From the NCBI GenBank assembly GCA_038087875.1, contig CM075981.1, positions 69,750,001 to 69,814,000 of the forward strand: 64,000 nt of DNA, in the 5' to 3' direction. Positions 1 to 11,999 of this stretch are shown here, in pieces (the stretch's first letter is position 1; every line of letters begins with the position of its first letter). Below the pieces are notes generated by a model, which worked only from the letters and a program-made list of their open reading frames with translations, had not been told where the DNA came from and did not search any database. Source of the DNA: Malacoraja senta (Eukaryota). A program made the translations under genes and the position numbers.

Positions 1-87
1 ATGAGTGTGGGTGATGTGTCGTGGCTGGGCAGCTGATCAGAAGTGATGCATCTTGTTAACTGCATCCTCTTGTTGGTTTTGCTGCAG

Positions 88-158
88 GTCCTAGCTGGGG
101 CGACATCAGCTCAGGGAGAATAACAAATTGGCTTGTTCTCAAGAACCTCACGCCTCAG
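88..158 (+). CDS. TNRC6A: TNRC6A (GW182) internal coding exon, start of RRM ([23 protein letters not shown])
   Basis: tgcag|GT acceptor, CAG|gtgagt donor, 71 nt; translation matches the GW182-family [10 protein letters not shown] motif and continues in phase into the next exon. Confidence 0.93.
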
Positions 159-359
159 GTGAGTGTGTGTATCATTGTCAAACAATGATTCAGTTGTCCT
201 GTGCAGACTAACACAATCGTCAGTGCCACCATAGTTTTGACGGAGAGGCTGAACAGATTACAGCTGTTCAGGATTCCTGGCTCACCATCAAGAAAATGCA
301 CATGAAACTCAAGTAAACCCTTGTGAAATGTTAGGATTGTACATTCTAGATGTACTCAA

Positions 360-1900
360 GGATCTCCAGATGCTGGTTTACAAAAAAGGACCTGGAATAA
401 CAAAGTCCTGGAGTAACGCAATGGGTCAAGCAACATCTCTGAATAGGTGATGTTATGGGTCGTGATCCTTCAGACTGATTGTTGGAGGGGGTGAAGAAAG
501 CTGGGAGAGAGGAGAGGCAGGACACAATGTGGCAGGTTATAGGTAGACAGGCAAGGAGGTTTTTGATAGGCAGATGGTTGGAACAGTCCAGAGATTAAAA
601 CTGAAGGGTTGAGACTAAAGTAATGAAGAGTTGCAAATTGTGAAGATAGAGGAAGGAATGTGGGTGGAGTGGGAGGAGGGGAGAAATAGGTGTTATTCCA
701 GGTGAGGCACAGGGCAGGAGAAGAGCAAAGGAGAGTGCGGGGTCAGCGAAATGGCGGATAGAAGGGGGGGGCGGGGGGGGCAGGTGTTGTAGGGGTTACC
801 TAAAATTGGAGAATTCAATGTTCACACCATTGAAAGCCAGTCGTGGAATATGAGGTGCTGTTCCTCCAGTTTGCGTGTGGCCTCACTCTGGCAATGGAGG
901 AGGCCAAGGGCAGAATGGCCAGTGTGGGAAGGGGATTTAAGATGATTAGCAATCAGGATATCCAGCAGGCCTTGGCGGACACACGAAAATGTTCGGCGAA
1001 ATGGTCGCCAAGTCTGCGCTTGGTCTCACTGATGTACAGGAGGCCACATTAGAAACACCACGTGCAGTAGATGAGGTTAGAGAGGGTGCACGTAAACCTC
1101 TGTTATACCTGGAAGGACTACTGAGGTCCCTGGATGGAGGCAAGGGAGGAGGTATACGGACAGCATTACATCTCCTGCAGTTGCAGGGGGGAGTACCTGG
1201 GGAGGAGATGGTTTGGGTGGGAAGGGATGAGTAAATCAAGGAGTTGTGCAAGGAGCAGTCTCTGCAGAAGGCAGAATGGGGTGGAGATGGGAAGATGTGA
1301 CTGGTGGTGGGATCACGTTCGAGGTGACGGAAAATGTCCGAGTTGGATGTGGAAAGTGAGGACATGGGGAACCCTATCCATGTTCTGTCTAGAGGGAGGA
1401 GAGTGAGAGAGGATCCATGGGGCACAGAGAAGACATGGATGAGGGATCCATATATGACAGCTGGGGAGAAACCAAGTTTATGAAAGAAAAAGACCATCTC
1501 AGATGTCCTAGAATGGAAAGCCTTATCTTGGGAGCAGATGTGGCAGATATGGAGGAATTGAGAGTAGGGAATACCGTCTTTGCAAGAGGTTCGTCTAGGT
1601 AACTGGGAGTCGGTAGATTTGTAGTAGATGTCAATCAATAGGTTATCCCCTGTGATGGAGAGACAAAGATCAAGAAAGGGGAGGGAAGTGACGGAGATAA
1701 TTCAGGTAAATTTGAAGACAGGGTGGAAGTTTGAGATGAAGTTAATGAAATCATCGAGTTCTGCACAGCAGCAGGAGACAGCCCCAATGCAGTTGGCCAT
1801 GTAACAGAGAAAGAGTTGGAGGATGGTGCCAGTGTATGCCTGGAGCAAAAATTGTTCGACAAAACCAACAAAAAGGCAGGCATCTCTGGGGTCCATGTAC
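360..1900 (-). mobile_element. Penelope-like retroelement, 5'-truncated and decayed (RT C-terminus, GIY-YIG endonuclease, 3' terminal repeat with hammerhead motif)
   Basis: ORF pieces read DIYYKSTDS..SCKDGIPYSQF..ICSQD (PLE RT thumb), then a Cys-rich linker and GIY-YIG remnant; hammerhead-like terminus at ~447-475. Confidence 0.85.
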
Positions 1901-2811
1901 ATTGCATCTTGCATTGCAAGCATCATTGCAATTTATAAACATTCCCCTTTTAAATCTTCATCTATCCATACCATTATCTATTACCATCTCCCTCCCACCA
2001 CCCCAAAGGCATGGCATTGTTACTAAGACCAGTTTCACACACATTATTACTTTGTCCAGATGGCCTTATGTAATTCGACACACACATTGCCAACTATCCA
2101 GCTATGCCTGCTAACTGGAATATTTTCCAGGTCAATAGGTAGCCGGATGCCTGGCTGATTAGATTATTGTTCGAGCCCAATAGACTCAACTTGCACAGGT
2201 TAATGGAAACTATGTGTAGCTCATTATCACTGCGTGCAGCTCAGTATAATACGTGTGAGCCCTTGCGGTGTAATCTGAACATGATACAGACCTCACAGCA
2301 TTTTAAACTTCTCAGTGAACCAAGTAATTGATTTTATCTTCTGCTTAGGAAGCTGCTCTTCACACTTTCTCTGTTTTAAACCTCATCCCTGTTGGCATGT
2401 CTTCTAGGATATCGAGTCCAGCTTTGTTTTCAGTTCTGGTTTCCCTCCATCAGGGCAGCAGTTCTTTCAGCTGCCTAATTCCCTCCATAAACCCTTCCAC
2501 ATCTTTTTTTAAAGACTTTTCTTAAACCTATTTGTTTTTTACTTTATGGCCTATTCTTTTTGTGGTTCCATGTGGATTTTTAATCATTCCTATGAATCAC
2601 CTATTCAGGGAGGTTTTTGCTGTATATAAGCACCATATAAAAACAAGGTAGACAAAAATGCTGGTGAAACTCAGCGGGTGAGGCAGCATCTATGGAGCGA
2701 AGGAATAGGTGACGTTTCGGGTCGAGACCCTTCGGTAATACAAGTTGTTGTCTATCTGCAGGCCTGCATTAATCTTGCTAACTGGTCTCTTGCTGTATCT
2801 TTAATCTTCAG

Positions 2812-2951
2812 ATTGATGGCTCCACCTTGCGTACACTGTGCATGCAGCACGGCCCACTAATAACATTCCACCTTAACCTGCCCCATGGAAACGCTTTGGT
2901 CTGTTACAGCTCGAAAGAAGAGGCAGCCAAGGCTCAGAAATCTCTGCACAT
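2812..2951 (+). CDS. TNRC6A: TNRC6A RRM exon ([47 protein letters not shown])
   Basis: ttcag|ATT acceptor, AT|gtaagt donor, 140 nt; near-identical to the vertebrate TNRC6 RRM; NLPHG is the A-paralogue variant as I recall it. Confidence 0.95.
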
Positions 2952-3783
2952 GTAAGTTGGACCTGAGCTTGATGAACAGGCTTGTGGTGGGATTTTGTTA
3001 TCCCTCCAAAAAGGGAAAGGAATTTGTAAACCACATAAATTCGCTTGCGAAGCACGAATTTTGAACCATGATCTTACCAGACTATGGGTTTGTAATCATG
3101 TGGTAGGTCTTTGGAAATGTATTTATATAGTGCAGGAGCCCACACTTGCTGCAGAGCTACTGCCTATCCCCAAAAACTATTTATTCACTGCCTAATGTTT
3201 CCTTCTGTCCTGTCATAAGAATTTGCAAGATTAGCCGGAGAATTATTTTTAACAATACTTACTTACTTCAAAAAACACTCAGTAAAATATATGGGAGATA
3301 AAAGAAATGTACACTACTCGTCGCCACATTAGTACTTGAGAGGGTAAGAAGATTTGCATGGAGAGTTTTTACTGAGGAGATTTGAGTTATTCAGGAATTG
3401 TCTTATTTGAAACTCCATTAAAGTATCCATTTTCTCCAAGTTCATTGCCATACGATTTACTTTCTCTTAGGAGTCGCTGCAACGTTGTCAGTGCTTTATT
3501 TTTAGCTATATTACCTTCCCTTTTAAACCAACAGATTGGTCGCTTTAAACTCCAAACCTAGATCAATCTGGCCATTGACCTACTACCTCACACATCCCCA
3601 TTTTCATGGCTTTGCACATGTAACCCCTCATGAGTGTCTGTCTCAGCCTGGCTTCTGTTGTTATGAAGCTCTGAGACAACTCTGTTTAATGTGAGTTGTG
3701 CATTGTGTGGTATTGTCTTGTTTTCCTTTACTGGCTGACCAGCTGTGAAAAGACCAGAGATAACTCCAGTACTAGATTTACAA

Positions 3784-3937
3784 GTTTTAGTTTATTTTAG
3801 AGATACCGTGCGGTAACTGGCCCACCGAGTCTGCGCCGACCAGTGATCCCTGCATATTAACACTATCCTTCCCTCACTAGGGACAATTTACAATTATACC
3901 AAACCAATTAACCTACAAACCTGTACCTGTCTTTGGA
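3784..3937 (-). mobile_element. HE1/V-SINE-like SINE, 3' part
   Basis: Shares ccaattaacctacaaacctgtac and the (tttag) tail with the fuller copies. Confidence 0.7.
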
Positions 3938-4003
3938 TTATGGGAGTAAATTGGTTTTTGGGTGTTGTAAGTCTACTTGATTGCTTTTCTTTTTGACTTT
4001 CAG

Positions 4004-4376
4004 GTGTGTTTTAGGGAACACTACCATTCTTGCTGAGTTTGCCAGTGAAGATGAGATTAATCGCTTCTTTGCACAAGGCCAGTCGTTGACGCCCTCTCTA
4101 GGCTGGCAGTCTCTGGGATCCAGCCAGAACCGTATTGCATCCATCGACAGTTCCCACCCGTTCTCAAACCGCAACGATCTCAATCACTGGAATGGGGCTG
4201 GGCTGTCGGGAACTGGTAGTGGAGACCTCCATGGCACTTCACTCTGGGGCACTCCCAATTATTCCACTAGCCTATGGGGAACCCCGAGCAGCAACGATAT
4301 GCGGGGAATCGGCAGCCCCTCCCCCATCAATGCTTTCCTCCCTGTTGATCATCTTGGAGGTGGAGAGTCCATTTAA
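4004..4376 (+). CDS. TNRC6A: TNRC6A last coding exon ([24 protein letters not shown]...[10 protein letters not shown])
   Basis: ttcag|G acceptor in phase 2; C-terminal silencing-domain sequence of TNRC6A type ([39 protein letters not shown]). Confidence 0.95.
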
Positions 4377-6000
4377 ACTTTACTCATGACTCAAACTGTG
4401 ACCTCGACATGAAAAGCAGCACTAATCGGACTTTTCACCTACAACACGAGAGAGACGGAGAAAAGGGGTCACCTGTGGAAATGTTCCGTTCTGCACCTTT
4501 ATTTCCACTTTCTTTTAGCCCAGTACATATCAGTTTTAATACTTGAATCATGCAGGTCAATAGTTTAAAAAATGTGAAAAGTATATATTTATACTTCCAG
4601 ATAGTGCTATCCATTAAAAAAAAACTGCTTCAAATGAGCTAGTTGTGTGCACTCATCATGTTTATTCCTTAAATTCCAAAACTATTTTGAGTTTGGTGAT
4701 GTTTGGAATGTGAAATCTGCACTGAGTATAGTCTCCCTGTCCAATTGGCAATAGGGCGGGGTGGGGGACGGGGTGGAGAGGGTAGTTCAAGTGTAAATGT
4801 TTACTCAAATGTTCTTTTAGCAAGGAAATGGCAAAAAAGGTGTGCTCTTTAATATGCCTTGACATGTACTTACCATAACGTGGTATTGTAGAGCAAAGTT
4901 ATACTGATCTTGCAGTTTCAAAAAGAAGTATTGCACCAACCTGTTTCTTTCAAAAACATTTTAATAAGATTAAAGAAAACCTAAAGAATTTAATCTCTGC
5001 AGTGTGACACTGTGGCAGTAGCTGTGACTTGCAACCCCACCCTGCAAGCCAGGAGGGTACAGCACTTTCAATAGAGCTTTCATTTTTTTTGGAGGTGCCC
5101 TGGTTGTGCCCTCTTGTTTACAGACTTTTGAGGGGAAATGTTTACTCTTCCATCATTAATAAAAATGATTTTTTTTTAATTAAAAAAATTGCAGATGAAG
5201 ATGTTCTATCTCTGGGAATATTGAACAGTGTTTTGACCATGTTCTTTTTTTTCTATTCCTCTATATCCTGAAACGAGAAGAGCATGGTTCTCAGGAAATA
5301 GTTCCCTCCCCCTCTCCCTCTTTCCCATGTTAGAGACTTCTGGTAGTTTTGTGTAGGACCCCCTCTCCAAACTTTTAGCACTGAATTAAACTGCTCTGTA
5401 AAATTACCTTTGTTTTATTTTTGCCAAGTTAACTGCTTAAAGCCGGATTTTCCAGCTATTGCTTTGAAATTGCTGTCATTTTATGGTGAGTGAAGGTGAA
5501 TTTTGCTGACATGTTGTAGTATATATACTTTATTTCCAACACCCTGGTCCTTTATATTCCCATTATCGAGTGGCTAAATGTATTTTGCTATTATGACTGT
5601 CCAATTGACTGTTGTACTTTAAAAAAACAACTGGCTGAGATCTGTAACTATGCATACTGTAACCAACTCTGGTGGTTCACAGAATCACTGTCATCCCCGT
5701 AAGACACCGTTTTAATGTTAGAATTTGCTTCTGAGAAAAGTTCAACAGGAAACGAGTTATTTTACACTTTGGTTTTGTCACAAAATGTATTTGTTCAGAG
5801 GAGACAAACCAGGACACAATTTTAACACTGCAGACTTGCCACCATTTCATTGCCTTCATTATAACTGTCTGTTGGAAGATGCAAACAAGTCAGTGGCTTT
5901 TTAACTGTTTACAAATAGAATGTGATTGTAAAATGTATAATTTGGTTGTGTTGAATTATGAAGTTACTTCAAATATTAATAAATCATGACGTTTTTGGCT
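4377..6000 (+). other. TNRC6A: TNRC6A 3'UTR; candidate poly(A) signal AATAAA at 5978-5983
   Basis: AT-rich 1.6 kb free of recognisable repeats after the stop; AATAAA followed by T/GT-rich downstream sequence; the end point is inferred. Confidence 0.7.
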
Positions 6001-6409
6001 GCTCAGCATTTCTACCCCTACCCTTCCGTTGTTTCTTTTGGTGTTGTGATTTGTCACTGGAACTGGATGATTGTTGACCCACCCCTTTGGAACCCTCCGT
6101 GTGCCTAGGCCTCCGCTAACTAAAGCAACGGCCTTGTCACTTAACACGGGCCGGAGGTCAGAGTGCAGGCAGCAGATGGCGTGTTGTTTAATCTGCGGTC
6201 AGCCTTGTTCCACAGGAAACTCGCACTCGCGGAAGTGACATTAAACTCCAAACCCTAATGTCTGGCTAATTGTTTTTGCACAGCATGGCCAGTGTAAAAA
6301 CATGGAAAAATATACTCTGGTCATGCCAATGCTGCATCCAACCCAAACAAAATAGGCCTGACCTTCAGGAAAAGGAGTGCTGCTTTATCTGCATGTTTTC
6401 TATTACTAT

Positions 6410-6484
6410 TTAGGCCGTCCAGTTTCTTTCCATGCTCACAGGTTCCATCCCTTCACAGTACGAGTGTGGCCGTCTGCCTTTGAA
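6410..6484 (-). CDS. CUB-mucin-SEA-EGF TM protein exon 11, last (FKGRRPHSYCEGMEPVSMERNWTA*)
   Basis: Strong acceptor tttttctttcttccag|TTC, phase 0 matching exon 10, 75 nt ending in TAA. Confidence 0.75.
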   Translation of the reverse strand, partial: FKGRRPHSYCEGMEPVSMERNWTA

Positions 6485-6537
6485 CTGGAAGAAAGAAAAA
6501 TTTGATTTTTAACAAAATCTACAGTACAATTAACATC

Positions 6538-6691
6538 GACACAAAATGCTGACTCAGCGGGTCAGGCAGCATCTCTGGAGAATAAGAATAGATGATGTTC
6601 CCGGTCGAGACCCTTCTTCAGACCCAAAATGTCACCTATTCTTTTAGTCCAGAGATGCTGCCTGACCCGCTGAGTTACTCCAGCATTTTGT
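6538..6691. repeat. Palindromic Penelope-terminus-derived element with central hammerhead remnant
   Basis: Inverted arms ctcagcgggtcaggcagcatctctgga...tccagagatgctgcctgacccgctgag. Confidence 0.8.
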
Positions 6692-6879
6692 TCTTTCTTC
6701 AGTGTAAACCCGCATCTGCAGTTCTTTTCAATGGTACAATTAGGTAATTTAGTCCAACAACTATATTAGTTTTTGTACACTCTGCCTCCTTCCACTATAA
6801 CTATCTATTTCAATTGGAGCTGGTATCCTTCAAAACGACATTTTAAAAAATGCATTAATCTCCATCTTTTCAAGTGTTT

Positions 6880-7495
6880 AATCGTAGGCCCCCCCTCGGT
6901 CATGACTGACCATGGGTGATGCATCCTAGTTGTTGGCTGCTTGCTCCAAACCTCGGCTGGAGCAGTGTCGCTTGTGGCTGTAGAAACCAATGTGGGATTG
7001 ACAGACTCTGTGGCAAAGGTCACATTTATGTGTGGTCTTTGGTCTTGAAGTTGCTGCGCTCCTTTCTGTGTGCCCGCTTGTCTGCCTCTGCGTTCAACAG
7101 TTTCTCTTCCCCTGTTTTGAGATGTTGGTTCAGGGTACCTCTCCACCTCGTGCGGTCAGCTGCAAGGCTCTCCCAGGACTCCACATCGATGTCGAGCGCC
7201 TTCATATCTCTCTTGCAGACATCCTTGTAACGTAGCTGGGGGTGGCCAATGCTTCTCCTCCCAGATGTCAGCTCTCCATAGAGGTTGTCTTTTGGAATGC
7301 GGCCATCCTCCATGCGGTGGACATGGCCCAGCCACCGCAGTCTGCGCTGCCTGCGTAGAGTGTACATACTGGGAAGGCCAGCGCGAGACAGGATCTCGGC
7401 GTTGGACACTGTCTTGCAAGGATATGCCCAGGATACAGCGGATCCTTCTCGGGTGGAAGGTGTTGCATCTTCTCTCCTGCCTGGCATATGCAGTC
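6880..7495 (-). mobile_element. RTE-clade LINE 3' fragment
   Basis: Translation VSNAEILSRAGLPSM..RRLRWLGHVHRMEDGRIPK..LYGEL..GRRS.GHPQLRYKD.CKRD is the typical RTE post-RT region. Confidence 0.88.
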
Positions 7496-8247
7496 CATGT
7501 CTCACTGCCGTACAGTTATGCCATATATTTTCGAGTGAATTCCACGTATTCAATAATATCGTGGTTCCCATTATATTCTTTGTTAGTGGCCATTTTAAAA
7601 TGTATTCCTGCATCACTTTCCCCTCTTGAGAGTGGCTGGCAGATTGAGATTACTGCAAACCAGAACTATGGACCAGTGGTTAATCTGACTGTCCCTGCAG
7701 AGCTGACCCTAACCCTAGTGGGGAATAAGGTCAGTCCTGCAAAACACTAATTGCTGGAGTAACTCAGCAGGTCAGACATCTGATGAGGGAACTATTAGGT
7801 GACATTTAGGGTTGGGACCCTACTTCAGAAGAAGGGTCCTGACACATCACCTATCTTATTTCCTCCACAAATGCTGCCTGACCCGCTGAGTTCCTGCAGC
7901 ACCATGCGTTTTGCTCAAGATCTGCAGTTACTTGTGTCTCCAGGTCAGTCATGGTCAGGTCAACTGAGCAAAGTGTGCTATGGCGATCTGGATGTCTGGG
8001 CAATGTTTCCACCATGTGTCACAATGCAAGGTGGAATAATAAACACAACCAGGCTATTCTTACCAAAGCTATAGGATCTTTGATTCTTCCCATCCTAACT
8101 GCAAGCAAATACCAGCTTGAAGCGAGATACTCTGATCTTAAAAACCGTTATGTCTGAGCTCACCAGTGCCTGCAGAAAGGTTGTGTTTGGAGGAATTAAG
8201 CCAAGGAAAGGCTCACAAATACACATGGACTGATGCGTGTTACTCAC

Positions 8248-8398
8248 CGACCTGTCCCTGCCGAGTTGGTACAGGATTGGGAAGGGTGACCACTGGTAAG
8301 GTTCAAAAGGCCAGCTGCAAACCGACAGATCACTGGCTTTCCCCGAGTCTCCTGTGTGCTCGTTGATGTTGCTGATGCTAACATCCAGGTTTTGTAGA
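8248..8398 (-). CDS. Mucin-like gene exon 10, cytoplasmic (LQNLDVSISNINEHTGDSGKASDLSVCSWPFEPYQWSPFPILYQLGRDRS)
   Basis: ttttccactgcag|T acceptor (phase 2), TCG|gtgagt donor, open frame, 151 nt. Confidence 0.78.
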
Positions 8399-9869
8399 CT
8401 GCAGTGGAAAAAATAAATAAAACCTCATTGACTGCTTTGAACGTCAAGTCAGAGTGCTATTCCCAAGTTAACAATGAGATGCCCAATATCCTATCAGTGG
8501 CTAATTTACACCTGGGCACAAAGTAATGATCAACTGAGGGAACTCGGGGTGGTTTCTATTCCGCTTTTCTTGTAACCTCCCATGCCTGTGCTTCTACCGT
8601 CCTTGGCTGTTTAGATCCCCCCCACTCCCTTCCACCTTCCTCAGTACAACAAAATCAACACATGGGGGCTGGGACTCAAAGCTAAAAAAAATGCTTTAAA
8701 AAAATACTTCACAGATTGCAATAAACATTAAAGCAAAACAGCAAATGTTGGAAACACTCAGCAGGTCAGGCAGTGAAGATGGAAACAGCATTTAGATCTA
8801 AGACCTTTCGGTTGAAAGATTATTAACATATATTGACCTTGATTCTCTCTTCAGATCTGGCTGATTTGCATTTTGTTTTCAGTTCAGATTTCTAGCATCT
8901 GCAGGTTTATTTTGTTTTTGCACTGCAATAAACATGTATAAATTATAGACTCTCCCATGATCACTTGTATTGACTTTACGAAACCTAAGTGGGTGGAATA
9001 TTGATACTAGTAATTCTTTAACACAATCAGTTCCTTGCTGAATTCCCTAGAGACTACTGCCAGAGTAACACCACCTTAATTAAAAAGATTAGGGTCAAGG
9101 GAAAAGTGTGAGGCTGCTTTGATAACTGTGGTGGGAGGGCTCTTAGTCAATCATCCTTGACACCACCCGAATCACGTCACAACGGATGTTATTTCGGGAT
9201 CATGGAAAGCTTTCCAACATCCACCCTCTGACTGAGAATCTCAAAACAACAGCAGCAAAACTTAACTACTTATTGCCCAGAGCAACCATTGTAACTGTGA
9301 TAGTTACAATTAATTTAGTTGCAGCCCAATTTCCAAGGTCTATTACAATACGATTGAACTTTATTTATCCCAGGAGGGAGATTGAACTGCCAACAGTCAT
9401 AAATCACACCTGCCAGGTGGGCAGGTGAGCGTAGACGATTGGCATGTATGATTTGGTTGAAGGGGTTGTTTCTGCGCGGAGTTATGACTACAAGGAGGAA
9501 TTCAGTGTGTCGTTAAATACTGAAGCTCACGGCAATGGAGAAAATGGCTTTCAGCCAGCTCTGGATCAGTTGTAACACTCAAGATTGTGCCAGAAGACTG
9601 AACCACTCCACTGAGTCGATATTAAAATCTAAGCCATTGCTCTCAGGAGGATAATCATAGAAAACCTACAACATGCAGGCCAGTTGACCTTTCTTGTAAG
9701 TGCCTGTTGAAAAAGTATCCAGCCTCATCCCTCCCTCCAGCACCAGCTCTAGTCCTGCAGGTCAGTCCACTTCCAGGCACTGGTTAAATGTGATGAGGGC
9801 TTCTGGGTTGGAGTGGGTTCCAAACTCCCCTCATTCCCTGGGTGAAGAAAATCCTCATCTCTTTACTCT

Positions 9870-10870
9870 TACACCAATCCACTTCCTTTTGATTTTTGAC
9901 TTCTGCAAACAGAAATAGGCTCTTCCTATTTATCCAGGCCCTTCATTTTATTTATATGGTTAAATTACCCTCAACCTCTTGTTCTAAGGAAAAAGACCTT
10001 AGCATACTTATTCTTTCTTCCAAGCTACAATTCTACCATTCTCACCAGAATCCTTGGGATGTTTTTCTGCACTGGCATCTTCCCTGCAATGTGGCGGCTG
10101 GAACTGTATACAGTAAATGTGGTGTGGTTTAACTAATCACTGCCAGAGTAACCTCCTAGCTCTATATATTGTATACCTCAACTGATAAATAAAAGCACCC
10201 TATATGTCCTACTTTTTAATCTGCCCTGCTGGCTTTGAGGGGAGATGTGGATGTACATTCCAAGTTCATTCTAGATGTTCATATTTAGAACACATGAAAA
10301 GTACAGCACGGGAACAGGCCCTACGGCCAAGTAATCCGGGCACCAATCTGGTTAACCTGCACTCTCTCCAAAGCCTCCAATCCTTCCTGTAATGCTCCAA
10401 AAAGCCCTATAAATTTATTGTGCATTCACTTATTGCACCTCCCTTAATGCATGTCTGTAAATTCCATTCATCACTTTTCTGACCACCCTGTCTCCTTTGC
10501 TCTATTTTCCTATTTGTCCTCATGGGCAATTTTTGTGTCATGTGCAAAATTCTTATTCCCCAGATGTTTTAATCAAAGGGCATTACTATGTACAATAACC
10601 CAGAATACTGACAGCTTGGAACCTTTCTGGTAACAGCATCACAATCCAGAAAAAAACACTCCTCAACTACATCCTGCCACTGAGTCACATTTTAAATCCA
10701 ATTTGCAGTTGCCTCTTGCTTCTCAGAGGCTTGTGCTCGTTTGGCCTTTCTGCCACAGGGGACCTCATCAAATGACTTCCTAAACACCGGTAGACTACAT
10801 CCACCACACCTCCCTCATTGATCCTCGTTACCTCAAAAAATTCCTTGTCAGATAGTTCTGAAGACACTGA
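9870..10870 (-). mobile_element. Old degraded CR1 LINE fragments
   Basis: Remnant GGVVDVVY...F.KAFD-like RT segment and CR1 3' motifs. Confidence 0.55.
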
Positions 10871-11451
10871 TAAAATATTAATTACAAACCCTACCCATAT
10901 ACTTCACCACCATATATAGATTATCATTTTTGATCCCAAAAGATATCCAGTGAGTCCTGACACAGCCATGTACCGGTAATTGAAATTAAAATCTGGTAGT
11001 TCTTTGGAGAGAGTCCAGGCACTTGCAAGATATTCTGGTGGTAGGACAGATAGACTTTGGCCAGAGATTCTGGGCATGGAGACATTGTCCAGAGACTTCA
11101 AATACTGGAGAGACAAATCTTGGCCTGAAATTCCAGTCACCAGAGAGATGAACATTTACTTGAATTTCTGGGCACCAGAAACTTACTAAGTTGGCTGGAG
11201 ATCCTGGGAGCCGGGACGATGGACACTGACCCGAGGTTCTGCCTGTAGGGCAGATGGATTTTGGCCGAATCCCCCGGACACTAAGGGTTTGACCATAGCT
11301 GGAGAGCTGTGCACTGGAGATGCAGACTGTGTGGAGGAGGAGAGGGGTTGTGTGGAGGAAGGGGAAGGGATATTTTATACACAAAAATCCCTGACATGTA
11401 TTGCATTTTAACCATTTTGTGTTTTAACACACTTTCCTGAATTATTTATAC

Positions 11452-11679
11452 CTGTGCCTGAAAGGTGGCTGACTGTGCCGTCCAGTCCTGCGACTGTTGT
11501 AAGTGCCGGTCTCTGACTCTTCGTGGCAAGAGTAGAAACTGGTGTCCAAGATATGCAGATGGATCAGTTCGTCTGAGTTACTGAAGCCGGGATTGTCCAA
11601 CGAATTCACAGAGAAGTTGAGCCAGGATTGGGACTGGTTTTGATTGGAGAAATCATCAAAGCGACTGAAACGCTTATAA
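11452..11679 (-). CDS. Mucin-like gene exon 9, cytoplasmic (YKRFSRFDDFSNQ...LDNPGFSNSDELIHL...PPFRH)
   Basis: ttcccttcccag|T acceptor, AG|gtataa donor, 228 nt, phase 2-2, fully open. Confidence 0.82.
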
Positions 11680-11999
11680 CTGGGAAGGGAAAGTCACAAC
11701 AACATTCTTCAGGGTGTTTGACCAGTCAAATGGGAACGCACATCCTTTTGAAACTCTGGAATATTGCATTTTAAACAGATGTCATAAATGTTATCCTTTT
11801 TTCCTGTACATGTGTGCAATTGCTTATGAACACATTTGTGTTGGACTCTGTATCCTCAAACGTTTTGAAGTGTTGAGCCAAAGATTTACTGGGCAGATAG
11901 CAGACTGCTGCTCATTGTTTTGTTCTGACTCCTCATTGTTACTGAAACTCTAACAATAAAAATGGCAAGTTCAAGACAGATTTCAAGGATCTATGGAGT

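Noticed and set aside
10960-11300. Weak internal inverted and direct similarities (ccgg/ctgg-rich)
   Set aside because: Probably an old DNA-transposon remnant, but I could not define termini or a TSD
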